Of a stretch of DNA of 64,000 nucleotides, positions 48,101 through 58,007 are shown one piece after another. Numbering within the stretch: the first letter of the stretch is position 1; every line of letters starts with the position of its first letter. The DNA is from an uncultured Gammaproteobacteria bacterium (lineage in GTDB: Bacteria; Patescibacteriota; Patescibacteriia; UBA9934; GWF2-40-263). Made by a program: the position numbers and the translations under genes. Location: positions 82,934-146,933 of the forward strand of contig CAYOCD010000001.1 of assembly GCA_964402425.1 (NCBI GenBank), read 5' to 3'. Under the pieces are notes generated by a model. The model was not told where the DNA came from. It saw nothing but the letters and a program-made list of their open reading frames with translations, and did no database searches.

Positions 48101-51100
48101 GGTATTCCAGTAAATCCCTGTGATTTAAACCAAGCCATTGGTGACAGATAATTTGGATTTGAGAGAACACGCACTCCAATAGAGTCTTTTGTTCCAGAAA
48201 CGCGGAACACTAATTCTTTCAAGACATCTGTTGTAATGAGTTGATTTACATCTGGTGTTGCATCTGTTGGAGGAAGTTCAAGAGCAGGCAGCTTCTTTCC
48301 TTCTTCTGGTTTTCCAACATCTCGACAATAGAATAAGGAGAAGTTTGTGTTCGCTCCATTTTCAACAAATGGAACCCCGTGTGCCAAATCCGGCCATGGA
48401 TTTTCACACAAGAACGCAACCTCTGACACATGACCAGATACAGCCGAACCAACCGTTGATTTTGCACTTATTGTATCTGCAGAGATTGTTGCGGTTGCAA
48501 TAACATTTCCTGAACCGTTCTTTCCAAGGGCTTTATATTGCGCTGTTTGTGCGATGCTTGGTCCAACAATTCCTAAAATATCCATTTTAGTTGCCGTATC
48601 TTTCACGTTTGCAGCCCAGACCCACGTCCAAGCGTATACACCTGAAATTGAAGAGATTTCTTCAAGTGTTCCTGTGTTTTTGCGATAAGAAAACGGCTTT
48701 GTTGTAAATGCGTGGACTTCATTTGTCTTAGAATAATATCCGGGGCTCTTTGAGAGATACGAAGGTGGAGTTGGGGTGATTCCACCATCTGTTGTTTCCA
48801 CAACGTCAAGCAAACAAACATCCGCACCGGTTGTGAAAGTACTTGAGAGAGAAACAACGGAGCAAGTTGTGCCATTGTCACCAAGACAAACACTGACCTT
48901 GTTTTTACTAAGAACTCCCTTTGACGTTTCTCCGTTTTTTGTTTTTACCGTCAATTTATATTGCGCATTTGGAAGTAATTGTTCTGTGTAACGAAGATAA
49001 ACTTGATGTGTACCTGGGTCTTGTTCAAACGAAACAGGAACAAAACATTGCGTGGTTGCATTTGCCATGGCAGATTGCCCAAAAGCATCTTTAACCCAAT
49101 TCCAAACAAAAGAGAAAATATTTTTTGCACGCATGAATCCAACAGGCTTTGGATAATACGGACAGTTAACTGCTGTTACAGCCTCATTGATACCTAAACT
49201 ATTTTTCTTCGTAATCAGCTCAAGCTGAAGATTTGGATCTGTTTCTGCCGCACTTAATTTTCCATCTCCGTCAGTATCTACGGAACCAAACGTACTCGCA
49301 TCCATTTCTTGATCAAACGCAATGGAAATAGCCGTATTGCGACAAATGTTTGTTGCATTATTTCCAGGAACCATCGCTGTAATCGTTGGGCGCTCAAAAC
49401 AACACTTTTCCACACCGCAACCAAGCGATTTTGAAGATTCCCCTGTTTTTGTTCCACACTGATTATCGGAAGCACAGGAACAAAGCAATTTCACTTCGCC
49501 TGTACCTGTCTTTCCTCCAACGGAGACCTGTACATTTGAAACAGCATATCCGTATGTTGCTTTTTTCTCATCTTTTTCTACCTCAAGCGACGCTCCACTT
49601 GAAACTTCTGCAACACCATAAGCACCAACGGTATATGTTGCGGAAGCAGCTGCTTCACACTGCTCGCCCGGTTCAAGAGCTCCCCCATTTCCACAAACAG
49701 AAGGGATAGCATAATTTGGATTTGAACCCATCTTTAAACAACTCTTTGAACATCCAGGAGCGATAGATCCAACACCAAGATCACATCCTGCATCTTCCCC
49801 GGAATCTGTAACACCGTTTCCACAGACAAATTTTGCTGGATCTTTTCCAGGACTTGTTCCGCGATTCAAACAAAGATCTGTACAAGCCACTGTGGTACGA
49901 ACCTCACATTTTGAACCATCCTGACACGCTGCACCACCAATGGTACAGACAGCCCCATCCGCACAATGCGTTCCTGGATCACATGTCTCTCCAACACTAG
50001 CAATTCCATCTCCACAACGTGCATTTGAATACGCAACAACACCTCCTTCAAACAAACAATTTGAGGAACATCCATCTCCTTCTTTTATGTTTCCGTCATC
50101 ACAGGCTTCCCCACCATTTGTCTTTGAGTTATCAGCAACTCCGTCTCCACAAATAGATTTAATAGAGGAAACCCCTTCAAACAAACACTTTGCAGAACAT
50201 CCATCTCCACCCAAAACTTTTCCATCATCACATTGTTCACCCGCATCCACAACGTTATTTCCACACGTTGGAGCAACCGTTCCTTCTTTCAAACAACTTG
50301 ATGAACAGCCGTCTTTGTCATTTGTGTTTCCATCATCACAAGACTCCCCGTAATTTACTGCCCCATTTCCACAAACAGCTTGTCCGACTTTGATTGGGTT
50401 TCCTGTATACAAACAGTTTCCTCCACACATTTTTGGGAGTGTGTTTGTAAGAGCAAGCGAACCATTATTCAACAAAAACGCAGTGATCTCATTGTATTTA
50501 TGATCTGCTCCTATTACATACGATGCTGCACCGATCTTGTTTGGTGTATCTGTTGCACCCCATCCACCCCATCCACTTGCTTGCAAGGCTTGCCCTGTTA
50601 CAGAACATTCGTCCGGAGCTCCATATGCAATCGCGTTGTATTCTTGACGTTGACCAACATATTTAAGTATTGCCGACTTTGGAGAAAGCCCAACACGATC
50701 AACGGCACATGAGGTGAGCGAATCTTTTGACTTAAATTTCCAAGAAAACGCACCTGGATAAAATTTATTTTCAGGAGTTCCGTAATTAGATCCAGATTCT
50801 GAAAGAGATGAGGACACACTCGATTTAATCCAATCTGCGACAACAACTCGATACCACGTATTTGACACAAACGCAGCGCCATCTGTCACAATTGATGCTC
50901 GATATGTTGCAGAATCATATATGACACTCGTAACATGATTCCATGCGGTCAACTGACTCTTTTCACAAAGGGCATTTTCACATTGAAAAATACGAATTGC
51001 ACCCGCAATATTAAAGACAGCTGGATTCATTGGAACATTAAATGAAACCCACGGCTTCACGTTTGCACATGCGGCAGAACAGTTTGGAAAATAATCACTT

Positions 51101-54100
51101 ACTTTTGGTGTTGCAAGCGCGATGGTCAGAAGTCCTTTATTCGTTGGTTTATTTCCAACATCCGTAACCGTTGCACTAATTTCTGCAGGGATTCCAATAG
51201 GGGTGTTATAAAGAGGATTGACATTTACGGTACAAACACCGGCTGCAGGATTACTTGTTAATGTGTCACCCGGTAGGAATTTTGCTGCCTGTTGTGAAGA
51301 ACTCCAACTTACCGAATGTCCAGCACACGCAAGCACAACACACTTGTCTTTGTTTGAAAGTAATTGTGCAAGATATCCAACAGCATCTCCGGCATTTTTT
51401 GCCGTGAACGTTGCTGGAGAAACACTCACTCCACCAACACCACATGGCGCATTTGAGGAGGATGTTCTGAATTCCCAAGAATAATCTTTTGCCATGGAAG
51501 CACCCGAAACAAGTCCATTCACCTTAGATTTTACCCCACCCCCAGGAGCAGATGCCCCTTTGATGGTAACGCGATGCAAAGTACTTGTATCAAAATGATT
51601 ATTTGGAGACCATTGAAATGTATATTCACCTGGTGTCTGAAAAGAACCTGGCACCACTTGCCAATCTGCTGCTACACATGTTCCATTTACCTCTTTGGCT
51701 ATTGGACATTTTTCTATAACGATATTTGTGTTTCCGATACCGATCGTTGCAGGATCCATTGGAACCGCAAACGAAGCTGTCACTGCAGCTGAAACACAGA
51801 TATCATTTTGCGTACTCCAAAGTGGTGATGGGGATGGTGATGGCTTTGGAAATTTTGGATCCGCACAATTCACAACAACCGTTGGCGCAACAGGAATTGG
51901 GCTCGTTGAAACCTTGTAAACAAATTGAGAAAATTTCGGCCCATCGCTTGGACAGGCTTGGCCTACAAGTGAACACGAGCCATCTCCACAGCATGCCTGA
52001 CCAGCCGTACAGAGACTTGGAGTTTGCAGACAATTTCCAACCGCAAAATTTACCGAGTTTGATTGTTTCAGCGCAGCATCTACCACATAAACAGGACCTG
52101 ACTTTGTTCCAACAGGAACGCTCGCTGATCCGATTTCAGTTCCTGTCCAGGAACCAGGATCTTCGGAAAGATTTGTTGTAAACACAACCGCTCCTTTTTG
52201 ATCTCCAAAATTTTCTCCAAAAATATCAATCGATGTTCCGGCAGGACCCGCGTTTTTGCTTAAAAGACAAATTCCTGGTGTTGGTTTTCCATCCACAACG
52301 GTAAATGGTTTTGCATCAGAAGCATTTCCGGTCTGAGGCACAACACTCACTTCATAATTACCAGGTTTGATAGGACTCTTATCTAGATTAAATGGAACTT
52401 TTACCGTAACCGAATTAGTGTGCCAAAAAAGATCTCCACAAGCTTTTGGGAACTCTACATTTCCGTTTATAACCTCATTTGAAGTAAGATTTTTAAATTT
52501 AACGTATCCTGTAGATGACCCAAAATTGGATCCATAAATGGTTACATATTGTCCAGAAGGACCCCATGCTGACTGCGATTTACAAGAACCAGCTACGCCA
52601 CCACAATCCTTATCCGTAGAACAATATTGATTTGCTATCGCTCCTCCATTACAGACTTTCCAACCTGTATCAATTGTAGCGATCGTTGCTTTTTCTACAT
52701 TTGGTGTGTTTGTTGCAACAAATTTCTTTGTATTAGAACCAACGCGAACATCCATACATGTTCCACCCGCAGCTCCACAAGCCGTATTATCCTGACAATA
52801 TTGAAGCGTCTCAGAACACCAGGACATTCCACACTTATATGCTGCATCTACTTTTGTACAATCCGCATTTGAAAAACAAGAAAGCGCTGGACTCACTTTT
52901 GCCCCACTCGCATTCAAACAGAAATAATCACCTGTAAAAACTTGGGCATTATACGTTCCGCTTGCAACTCCTGGTACATTTCCTTTCAATTCCGTCGCTC
53001 CCCACAAAGAAGGCGTCAACTGAAAATTTGAAAGATAAACAGAAGACGAACCTTGTCCAGCACCAAACGCAAGACCAGTCAGAGTAATTAACGTATTCAC
53101 TTCCGCAGCTGGTGTAATCGAACACAAACCAGGGCGCTTAATTGCGTTTACATCAAATTTAGATATGACGGGTCCAACAGCATCATCAGTTCTTTCTGAC
53201 TGTGCTGCTGCCCCCAGAGCACCTGCTGGAATATTGATTTTTAACGGACCATCAATAGCACCAGCCGGTACTTTCACAACAATTTCCTTTTCTTTCCAAG
53301 AAGAAGTTCCGCCACACTGGAATGCGTTTGCCACTTTTGTCGTTCCATCTTTTTCTGCTCCAAGAAATTCAACCGTACCGGGCGTTGTCCCAAATCCAGA
53401 ACCTGTAATCGTGATTAAGTTTTCTACAGCACCATTGTCTGGAGAGATAGATTGAATAACAGGGACATCCTGACATCTTCCTGCAATACAAAACCCAGAA
53501 GAACATTGTGCATTACTCGTACACGCAGACGGCTTACAGAGCCCGCAAAAATATTCGCTTGTTGCGTCTCCACCACAATCACACGCATCACCAACTGCAC
53601 ATGTTCCCGTTTCTCCATACGGAGCACTTGCATCTTGCGTGCCATTGTCACAGTTTGGCGCACGAAGCATGACAGAAACTTTTCTGGAAATTTGTGTAGA
53701 TCCCGCACAATCAGTAGCCATTGCCCAAACGGCATATGACTTATTTGCAACAAATCCAACCGGAGTCCATTCTCCATTAAAAAATGCTGTTGTGAGTCCA
53801 TTTAATGCCGTAGGATTCACCGCAATAGAAGATGTATCAACAGAAGTTTCTCCGTCTGCAGCAAAAAATTCAACACTGGCCACTCCTGTATCATCAACCG
53901 TTCTTACTTGAAGTGGTTTGCTTAATCCCAAAATAGCTTTTGCTCCAGCTTGTGGTTCTACAAACGAAACTTCTTGAGGTGGTTTTGTGTCCACAACAGA
54001 GCCTGTTGTGAAATCAAACGAACAAGGATTCACTCCCCCCTCCGTCTTACAAGTAAGCGTTGCACCGCTTGCTGATTTAACTTGTGCAGGATCTACCTCA

Positions 54101-54816
54101 ACATGAAATGCGGCGTTTGGTGCAAAACAAGACAAAGATTCATTTGGAGTCGGACATTTTTCTTCTGGCGTGAACATGACTTTTCTGCCAGAAAACGTAA
54201 AAGACCCGGGAACATCCACCCCGTCTCTTGTGATCTTTATTCCCTTTTCATCTTTCACGGATTTTGAAAAAACAAGGGATAATTTAAGGTTACGAACACC
54301 CGCAGCACATTGGATAATGGACGTTGGCGGATTTAATGAGAATACAGGAGTTGGTGACGGAAACGGTGAAGTTTTTAAACAAGATAGATCTGTAGGATTT
54401 TTTTTACAAAACGCAATAATATCTGCATTCGATGTTGCTCCCACCAACTTTGAAATGACGAATTGTGCAATCGCAAACGATGACAAAACAATCACAAGAC
54501 CGATTAAACCGTTTTTAATGGAGTTCTTTGCTTTTTTGAGACGATCTTCGTTTCCACCCGCCGTCATGTACATGAATCCTCCGTACAGAACAATCATGAC
54601 CGCAATAATTCCAAGAAACGAAATGACTGTGCGAATCAAACGCGCAATAATGACGGTAATGGAAGGCCCTGTTGAAAACCCCGCGTTGGCCGCAAAAGAA
54701 GCAAACGCATCTGGATCTACAGGACTTGCAGCGAGGATTGGTTGAGCAAAAAAGATTCCCGTGCAAAGGAGAACGGTTAGAATAAACATCGATTGAAGCA
54801 ATCTGCGGAGGTTCAT
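45163..54816 (-). CDS. Giant (3217 aa) Cys-rich surface protein: VirB2-like pilin head, Ig-like/IPT domains, DUF4215-like repeats
   Basis: 'IIARLIRTVISFLGIIAV..VLYGGFMYMTAGGNEDRLKKAK..I.NGLIGLVIVLSSFAI'; 'ITITGSGFG'; many 'CGNG....GE.CDDGN' repeats. Confidence 0.85.
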   Translation of the reverse strand: MNLRRLLQSMFILTVLLCTGIFFAQPILAASPVDPDAFASFAANAGFSTGPSITVIIARLIRTVISFLGIIAVMIVLYGGFMYMTAGGNEDRLKKAKNSIKNGLIGLVIVLSSFAIAQFVISKLVGATSNADIIAFCKKNPTDLSCLKTSPFPSPTPVFSLNPPTSIIQCAAGVRNLKLSLVFSKSVKDEKGIKITRDGVDVPGSFTFSGRKVMFTPEEKCPTPNESLSCFAPNAAFHVEVDPAQVKSASGATLTCKTEGGVNPCSFDFTTGSVVDTKPPQEVSFVEPQAGAKAILGLSKPLQVRTVDDTGVASVEFFAADGETSVDTSSIAVNPTALNGLTTAFFNGEWTPVGFVANKSYAVWAMATDCAGSTQISRKVSVMLRAPNCDNGTQDASAPYGETGTCAVGDACDCGGDATSEYFCGLCKPSACTSNAQCSSGFCIAGRCQDVPVIQSISPDNGAVENLITITGSGFGTTPGTVEFLGAEKDGTTKVANAFQCGGTSSWKEKEIVVKVPAGAIDGPLKINIPAGALGAAAQSERTDDAVGPVISKFDVNAIKRPGLCSITPAAEVNTLITLTGLAFGAGQGSSSVYLSNFQLTPSLWGATELKGNVPGVASGTYNAQVFTGDYFCLNASGAKVSPALSCFSNADCTKVDAAYKCGMSWCSETLQYCQDNTACGAAGGTCMDVRVGSNTKKFVATNTPNVEKATIATIDTGWKVCNGGAIANQYCSTDKDCGGVAGSCKSQSAWGPSGQYVTIYGSNFGSSTGYVKFKNLTSNEVINGNVEFPKACGDLFWHTNSVTVKVPFNLDKSPIKPGNYEVSVVPQTGNASDAKPFTVVDGKPTPGICLLSKNAGPAGTSIDIFGENFGDQKGAVVFTTNLSEDPGSWTGTEIGSASVPVGTKSGPVYVVDAALKQSNSVNFAVGNCLQTPSLCTAGQACCGDGSCSLVGQACPSDGPKFSQFVYKVSTSPIPVAPTVVVNCADPKFPKPSPSPSPLWSTQNDICVSAAVTASFAVPMDPATIGIGNTNIVIEKCPIAKEVNGTCVAADWQVVPGSFQTPGEYTFQWSPNNHFDTSTLHRVTIKGASAPGGGVKSKVNGLVSGASMAKDYSWEFRTSSSNAPCGVGGVSVSPATFTAKNAGDAVGYLAQLLSNKDKCVVLACAGHSVSWSSSQQAAKFLPGDTLTSNPAAGVCTVNVNPLYNTPIGIPAEISATVTDVGNKPTNKGLLTIALATPKVSDYFPNCSAACANVKPWVSFNVPMNPAVFNIAGAIRIFQCENALCEKSQLTAWNHVTSVIYDSATYRASIVTDGAAFVSNTWYRVVVADWIKSSVSSSLSESGSNYGTPENKFYPGAFSWKFKSKDSLTSCAVDRVGLSPKSAILKYVGQRQEYNAIAYGAPDECSVTGQALQASGWGGWGATDTPNKIGAASYVIGADHKYNEITAFLLNNGSLALTNTLPKMCGGNCLYTGNPIKVGQAVCGNGAVNYGESCDDGNTNDKDGCSSSCLKEGTVAPTCGNNVVDAGEQCDDGKVLGGDGCSAKCLFEGVSSIKSICGDGVADNSKTNGGEACDDGNIKEGDGCSSNCLFEGGVVAYSNARCGDGIASVGETCDPGTHCADGAVCTIGGAACQDGSKCEVRTTVACTDLCLNRGTSPGKDPAKFVCGNGVTDSGEDAGCDLGVGSIAPGCSKSCLKMGSNPNYAIPSVCGNGGALEPGEQCEAAASATYTVGAYGVAEVSSGASLEVEKDEKKATYGYAVSNVQVSVGGKTGTGEVKLLCSCASDNQCGTKTGESSKSLGCGVEKCCFERPTITAMVPGNNATNICRNTAISIAFDQEMDASTFGSVDTDGDGKLSAAETDPNLQLELITKKNSLGINEAVTAVNCPYYPKPVGFMRAKNIFSFVWNWVKDAFGQSAMANATTQCFVPVSFEQDPGTHQVYLRYTEQLLPNAQYKLTVKTKNGETSKGVLSKNKVSVCLGDNGTTCSVVSLSSTFTTGADVCLLDVVETTDGGITPTPPSYLSKSPGYYSKTNEVHAFTTKPFSYRKNTGTLEEISSISGVYAWTWVWAANVKDTATKMDILGIVGPSIAQTAQYKALGKNGSGNVIATATISADTISAKSTVGSAVSGHVSEVAFLCENPWPDLAHGVPFVENGANTNFSLFYCRDVGKPEEGKKLPALELPPTDATPDVNQLITTDVLKELVFRVSGTKDSIGVRVLSNPNYLSPMAWFKSQGFTGIPKAAKLDGYEAVQTGTTIYAAAANRNGSNLYSNIYVISFNADAGKDAQQIFDLVLQNFRLNANDTGVTGVSHVGLCKSGSAYVPPSGPFTTCSWDGDCLDQCKPDGKCSVSDKVCNPKLGNAECAVADPNMFCDADKQKLIRDTKRLTDVTEMVTTFEKYGNTNGRCAVTKSQACVVSQNSKAGTGANSACPGTETCIPSYPTIQAGTFVPSVSNSIWPSWNSTLGNEVGGALPTDPLNQFWGQCKNVGEGYDSATCWNSAQGKSLCPNGSHVYGYQNFGGEAYVLTTELEYSTVAWNNKIDASGDQATIKAAYLNGKAPANLLPGFVSTSAYCNATVFGSSTICGDGVKGVGEDCEIGEVKSIACANNAGFINVTCKNDCKNYATDAAAEDAAKKAGGTCKPFSCGDGVIDKALGEVCDDGTALNGTYGHCGKDCKVVSNFACGDGYLAGNEQCDCGTPSNWSTLAGTSWAKSGNHCATYNGNYDKDGKNCTAECKAPGPMCGDNLINDSSEKCDGNTETYAGALNNDGTKCTASSGCPVAACAKAKICTAGTTIGAICTDDASCGAGGKCSAEQYDLTRTRTCQNYNNPSSNSCQWITNLAGGGWGACAGGPQQCGNGKKEGTEECDDGNSSSNDSCTNACKTNVCGDNFVNVGIESCDSGKANGIACNAAYGSSCNFCNQYCQYKTQSGPYCGDGAINGGEYCDGTKLNGTCTKSISADEMDLKGPCDSKDVGLTSDGTANGKKDDGSTSTWHGTSCDKGYSCRIVGTCNGGSLRGENGKKCAAYQNNCDGYCETSGSTCNWNGDCNTANNEKCIGVGTCVLPTCSSSCNSSCPTAFQKVALQVQGNVAESQPSSSITLFSLENTEGKTPDRASLLLPACRVGVGITANVSSSSSLLNAGNTVSLIAATFKDANGKYTLPQTGTSLLEIGNGLKLPLPSKFICQDAPFSLPINVKLNPTSASVTLSNIEFTYCPVN

Positions 54817-54826
54817 GTAAAAAAGA

Positions 54827-56737
54827 TTACGGTGCGATCACAGGATAGGGACACGCGGGACTTGAAACTGAGCTCGATGGTTCTCCGTTACAGCAATAAG
54901 GCTTCGTTTCATCTGTTCCGTTACAATTTTTTGCTGAACTTGCGGCTGTTGCCGCTGACGGGAACATACAAATCTGATACACACTTTTGACATCTTGTGT
55001 GACAGATGGCCAATAAGATGACCCACCTTCTGCATTTGAAATAAACGCTGGATGAGAAATATGTACGACGGATTTAGTTGGGATATCTGTTTTAAGCGCA
55101 TTCGGAAGATCTGTTTTTGATACCGAGTACCACATGGGATATTTTGGATCCGGCAACAAAGAGATGTTTGTTGCATTGACTGTTGAGGCTTTGAGCAACG
55201 TATTAAACGAAAGTGTAACATCTGCCGATACATCAATGTTTCCTTCAAGGATATCTGGTGCAAGCGCTTCAATTTTTGGAACCGTGTCATTAATGATGTT
55301 TGTTGTCTTAAAACTCCATGCGTAATCATCATTTGCTTGCGTTCCGGAACACGCAACACTATCTTTTGAACTTCCGCATGCTTTACCATCATTATTTCCG
55401 TCTAACGAATTTCCTGCGGCATCCACAACTCCATCATAACTTACCCCAGTCAAAACACCTTGTGGGACGTTTGTAGGATCAATACTTGCTGCTTTAGCCG
55501 TAACGGTTATTTGTTTTCCTCCTGGCAAACAATAAATCTTTCCACCACACGGATCTTTTCCACAATCATCTGTTGTTGTGAAACTCACTGTTTTATATCC
55601 GTTACTGATATCATAAGTACCGTTTATTGGGTTTGCTCCACCATCACTTGATGCGATACGCTGAAATGCCTTTAGCTCTCCCCCTCCCGCAAGATATGTT
55701 CCTGATACAGCGATCGGATCCATTGGTTCATTAAATGTCAGTTCTATGGAAATGTTTCGTGCAAATTCTGAAAGTGATTGACCTTCTTGTAAAGGCTTCA
55801 CGGATGGAATGACAGAAATAATCGTTGGTGGTGTTAAATCAACATTGGTTGAAACGGTGAAATTCCATCCATATCCTGCCGAATTCACACCGGTAAATGC
55901 AGCACCACCCGCTTGTTTTTCAATACTTGGTTTAAGAGCAACGGTAAAAGATGCATTTGTTTGAGGATTTCCAAGATATGTAACTGGCTTGAACACAAAT
56001 GTCTTGAAATCCTCACTCACAGTTACCACAACTTTATCACTCGCAAGTTTTGTTGTTTCACCTTTTGCTGTCTCAAAAATGGAGACGGCGTTTGTTTTTA
56101 ACTTTGTGCTACACAAAGGAACGGTTTGATTAGCTGCAACTGTATACGTACAAGGTGATTTGTAGCCATCAATAATGGTCTCAGGTTTAATTGGCTCTTT
56201 GAAGGTAACAAAGATTTTTGTGTTACGTGGAACATCTGAAGCGTTTCTGACAGGAAAATGACTTTCAAGAATACCCGCCCCAAGTGAACCCGCAAGCGGC
56301 TCTGTATATTTTTTTGCAACAGACACAATCGAGCCTGGGCCATAAGCAGCATTAAGCAATTTTCCAAGAATCCATGAAGCGATGGAATAGGAAGAAAGAA
56401 TAATGACAAGACCGATGACTGCGTTTGAAATGATCTTTTTTGCTTTTGCAACTTTTGCCAAATCTCCGGAAGCGGTCATGTACATGAACCCGGCAGAAAT
56501 AACCAAAAGAACCATCACAATTCCAAGAACCCCAAGAACTGCCCGAATGATGCGCGCAATGAAAATAGGCAAGCTTGTTTGTGGGAGTCCTGCTCCCTCA
56601 CCCAAAGACTGAAGAGCATCCGCTGCAAATACCCCGTGCGGAATCAAAAAAGATCCGATGACAACAAAGAACAGCACACCAAAAAAAGCTACTCTGTAAG
56701 CCGGAAGTTTATTTGTAAGACGGAAAAATCGCTTCAT
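54827..56737 (-). CDS. VirB2-like pilin head fused to bacterial Ig-like domains
   Basis: Same pilin-like hairpin 'GFMYMTASGD..KVAKAKK'; 'VPRNTKIFVTFKEPI' and 'DLTPPTI' Ig-like motifs. Confidence 0.8.
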   Translation of the reverse strand: MKRFFRLTNKLPAYRVAFFGVLFFVVIGSFLIPHGVFAADALQSLGEGAGLPQTSLPIFIARIIRAVLGVLGIVMVLLVISAGFMYMTASGDLAKVAKAKKIISNAVIGLVIILSSYSIASWILGKLLNAAYGPGSIVSVAKKYTEPLAGSLGAGILESHFPVRNASDVPRNTKIFVTFKEPIKPETIIDGYKSPCTYTVAANQTVPLCSTKLKTNAVSIFETAKGETTKLASDKVVVTVSEDFKTFVFKPVTYLGNPQTNASFTVALKPSIEKQAGGAAFTGVNSAGYGWNFTVSTNVDLTPPTIISVIPSVKPLQEGQSLSEFARNISIELTFNEPMDPIAVSGTYLAGGGELKAFQRIASSDGGANPINGTYDISNGYKTVSFTTTDDCGKDPCGGKIYCLPGGKQITVTAKAASIDPTNVPQGVLTGVSYDGVVDAAGNSLDGNNDGKACGSSKDSVACSGTQANDDYAWSFKTTNIINDTVPKIEALAPDILEGNIDVSADVTLSFNTLLKASTVNATNISLLPDPKYPMWYSVSKTDLPNALKTDIPTKSVVHISHPAFISNAEGGSSYWPSVTQDVKSVYQICMFPSAATAASSAKNCNGTDETKPYCCNGEPSSSVSSPACPYPVIAP

Positions 56738-56812
56738 GTAATATCAAAAATACGACACAAACATTGTATCGTATTTTTCTTCAATCGAATAGAAAAAGAT
56801 GGGGATAAAGAG

Positions 56813-56940
56813 TAAGGCTATAAAGGCAATAGAGGCTTGAGATGCCGAAGGGAACAAAAAAAAGAACGCGGTCAACGCGTTCTTTATTTTCTTGTTTCTT
56901 TTTTTCGGCATCTCAAGCCTCTCCAGCATCTCTCGCCTCT
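56813..56940. repeat. Type B 9-mer inverted repeat enclosing a terminator hairpin
   Basis: Arms AGAGGCTTGAGATGCCGAAG and TTCGGCATCTCAAGCCTCTCCAGCATCTCTCGCCTCT around aagaacgcg-gtcaa-cgcgttctt. Confidence 0.8.
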
Positions 56941-57708
56941 CTAGCTTATCTGATTCAATACCGCCGTTGTGACAAAAAACAACGCCACAACAACTCCCAT
57001 ATTCATAAATCCACCCATGATTTTCTGTTCCGCTTTATCTCTTACAACATCTCGTGCGGACCCAACAGTCATTTCAATCCCACCACGAATAATTTCAATG
57101 ATAGAAAAAAGTCCGGCGAACAAGAACATGACACGCACAAGACGAATCCCCATTTCAAGATATGGCAAATACGAATAGGTTCCGAATTCTGGCAATGTTA
57201 TCATGCCGATTTCCGCATGCGCAGAAGAGACGACTATCGTATTTACCAAAACAGCAAAGATAAACACTCCAAGCAACTTCTCAACGAGTCCTTTCACACG
57301 TGTACCGTCAGCACGCCCTGCAACGGCCTTCATGACAAATCCCATCGCCTTGCCCATGTCCGCTTTTGATGCAGCTCCCGATTGCAAAACAGCTTCACGA
57401 ACCACCATTTCAAGATCGGCATCAGACAATTCTGCTGGCATGTATTTTTTTAACACTTCAAGCTCAAGTTTATTCCCTTCTGCAAGATCGGCTCGTCCGC
57501 CAGCCTCAAACTGATCAATCGCTTCTTTCAATTGTTTTGCCTGAGACTTAATCACATCCGATACCTCCGCATCCGTAAGCGGACGCATAAGATCAATCTC
57601 TTTATTTTTAAGAGCAGACTTAAGCATGCGAAGTGTGGAAAGTGTTGATTCGTCTTTTGCACGCATGGCGTCTTTAAGGTCTGAACCGATTTGTTCAAGA
57701 AGAGTCAT
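56941..57708 (-). CDS. GatB/YqeY-domain protein with C-terminal pilin-like membrane extension
   Basis: 'DLKDAMRAKD...LRMLKS...AGGRADLA..E', 'DMGKAMG...GRADG', then three hydrophobic segments. Confidence 0.85.
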   Translation of the reverse strand: MTLLEQIGSDLKDAMRAKDESTLSTLRMLKSALKNKEIDLMRPLTDAEVSDVIKSQAKQLKEAIDQFEAGGRADLAEGNKLELEVLKKYMPAELSDADLEMVVREAVLQSGAASKADMGKAMGFVMKAVAGRADGTRVKGLVEKLLGVFIFAVLVNTIVVSSAHAEIGMITLPEFGTYSYLPYLEMGIRLVRVMFLFAGLFSIIEIIRGGIEMTVGSARDVVRDKAEQKIMGGFMNMGVVVALFFVTTAVLNQIS

Positions 57709-57764
57709 AGACAAATTATTATAAACGAAAAAGAGGGGCGGATAAACCGCTCCCTCATTTTACC

Positions 57765-58007
57765 CTATCTGCGTTTCTGTGTACGAGGTTCATCCACAAG
57801 CTGTCCGATACGTGCCAAGTATTCGCGCTTATCGCGAATTTCAAGACGACGAATCGCACTTACTTTTTGTTTGTTTTTGGTTGGTGCTGGGATATAAGAA
57901 CGGAGCTTGCGTGCTTCAAGCGCGTTTCCAGACTGCTGGAGACGACGAGAGTAGCGACGGAGCAAACTTTCGAAACTTTCACCTTTGCGACGTTTAACAT
58001 CTACCAC
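57765..58007 (-). CDS. rpsU: 30S ribosomal protein bS21
   Basis: 'VKRRKGESFESLLRRYSR'; rpsU-yqeY order; GTG start. Confidence 0.8.
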   Translation of the reverse strand: MVDVKRRKGESFESLLRRYSRRLQQSGNALEARKLRSYIPAPTKNKQKVSAIRRLEIRDKREYLARIGQLVDEPRTQKRR

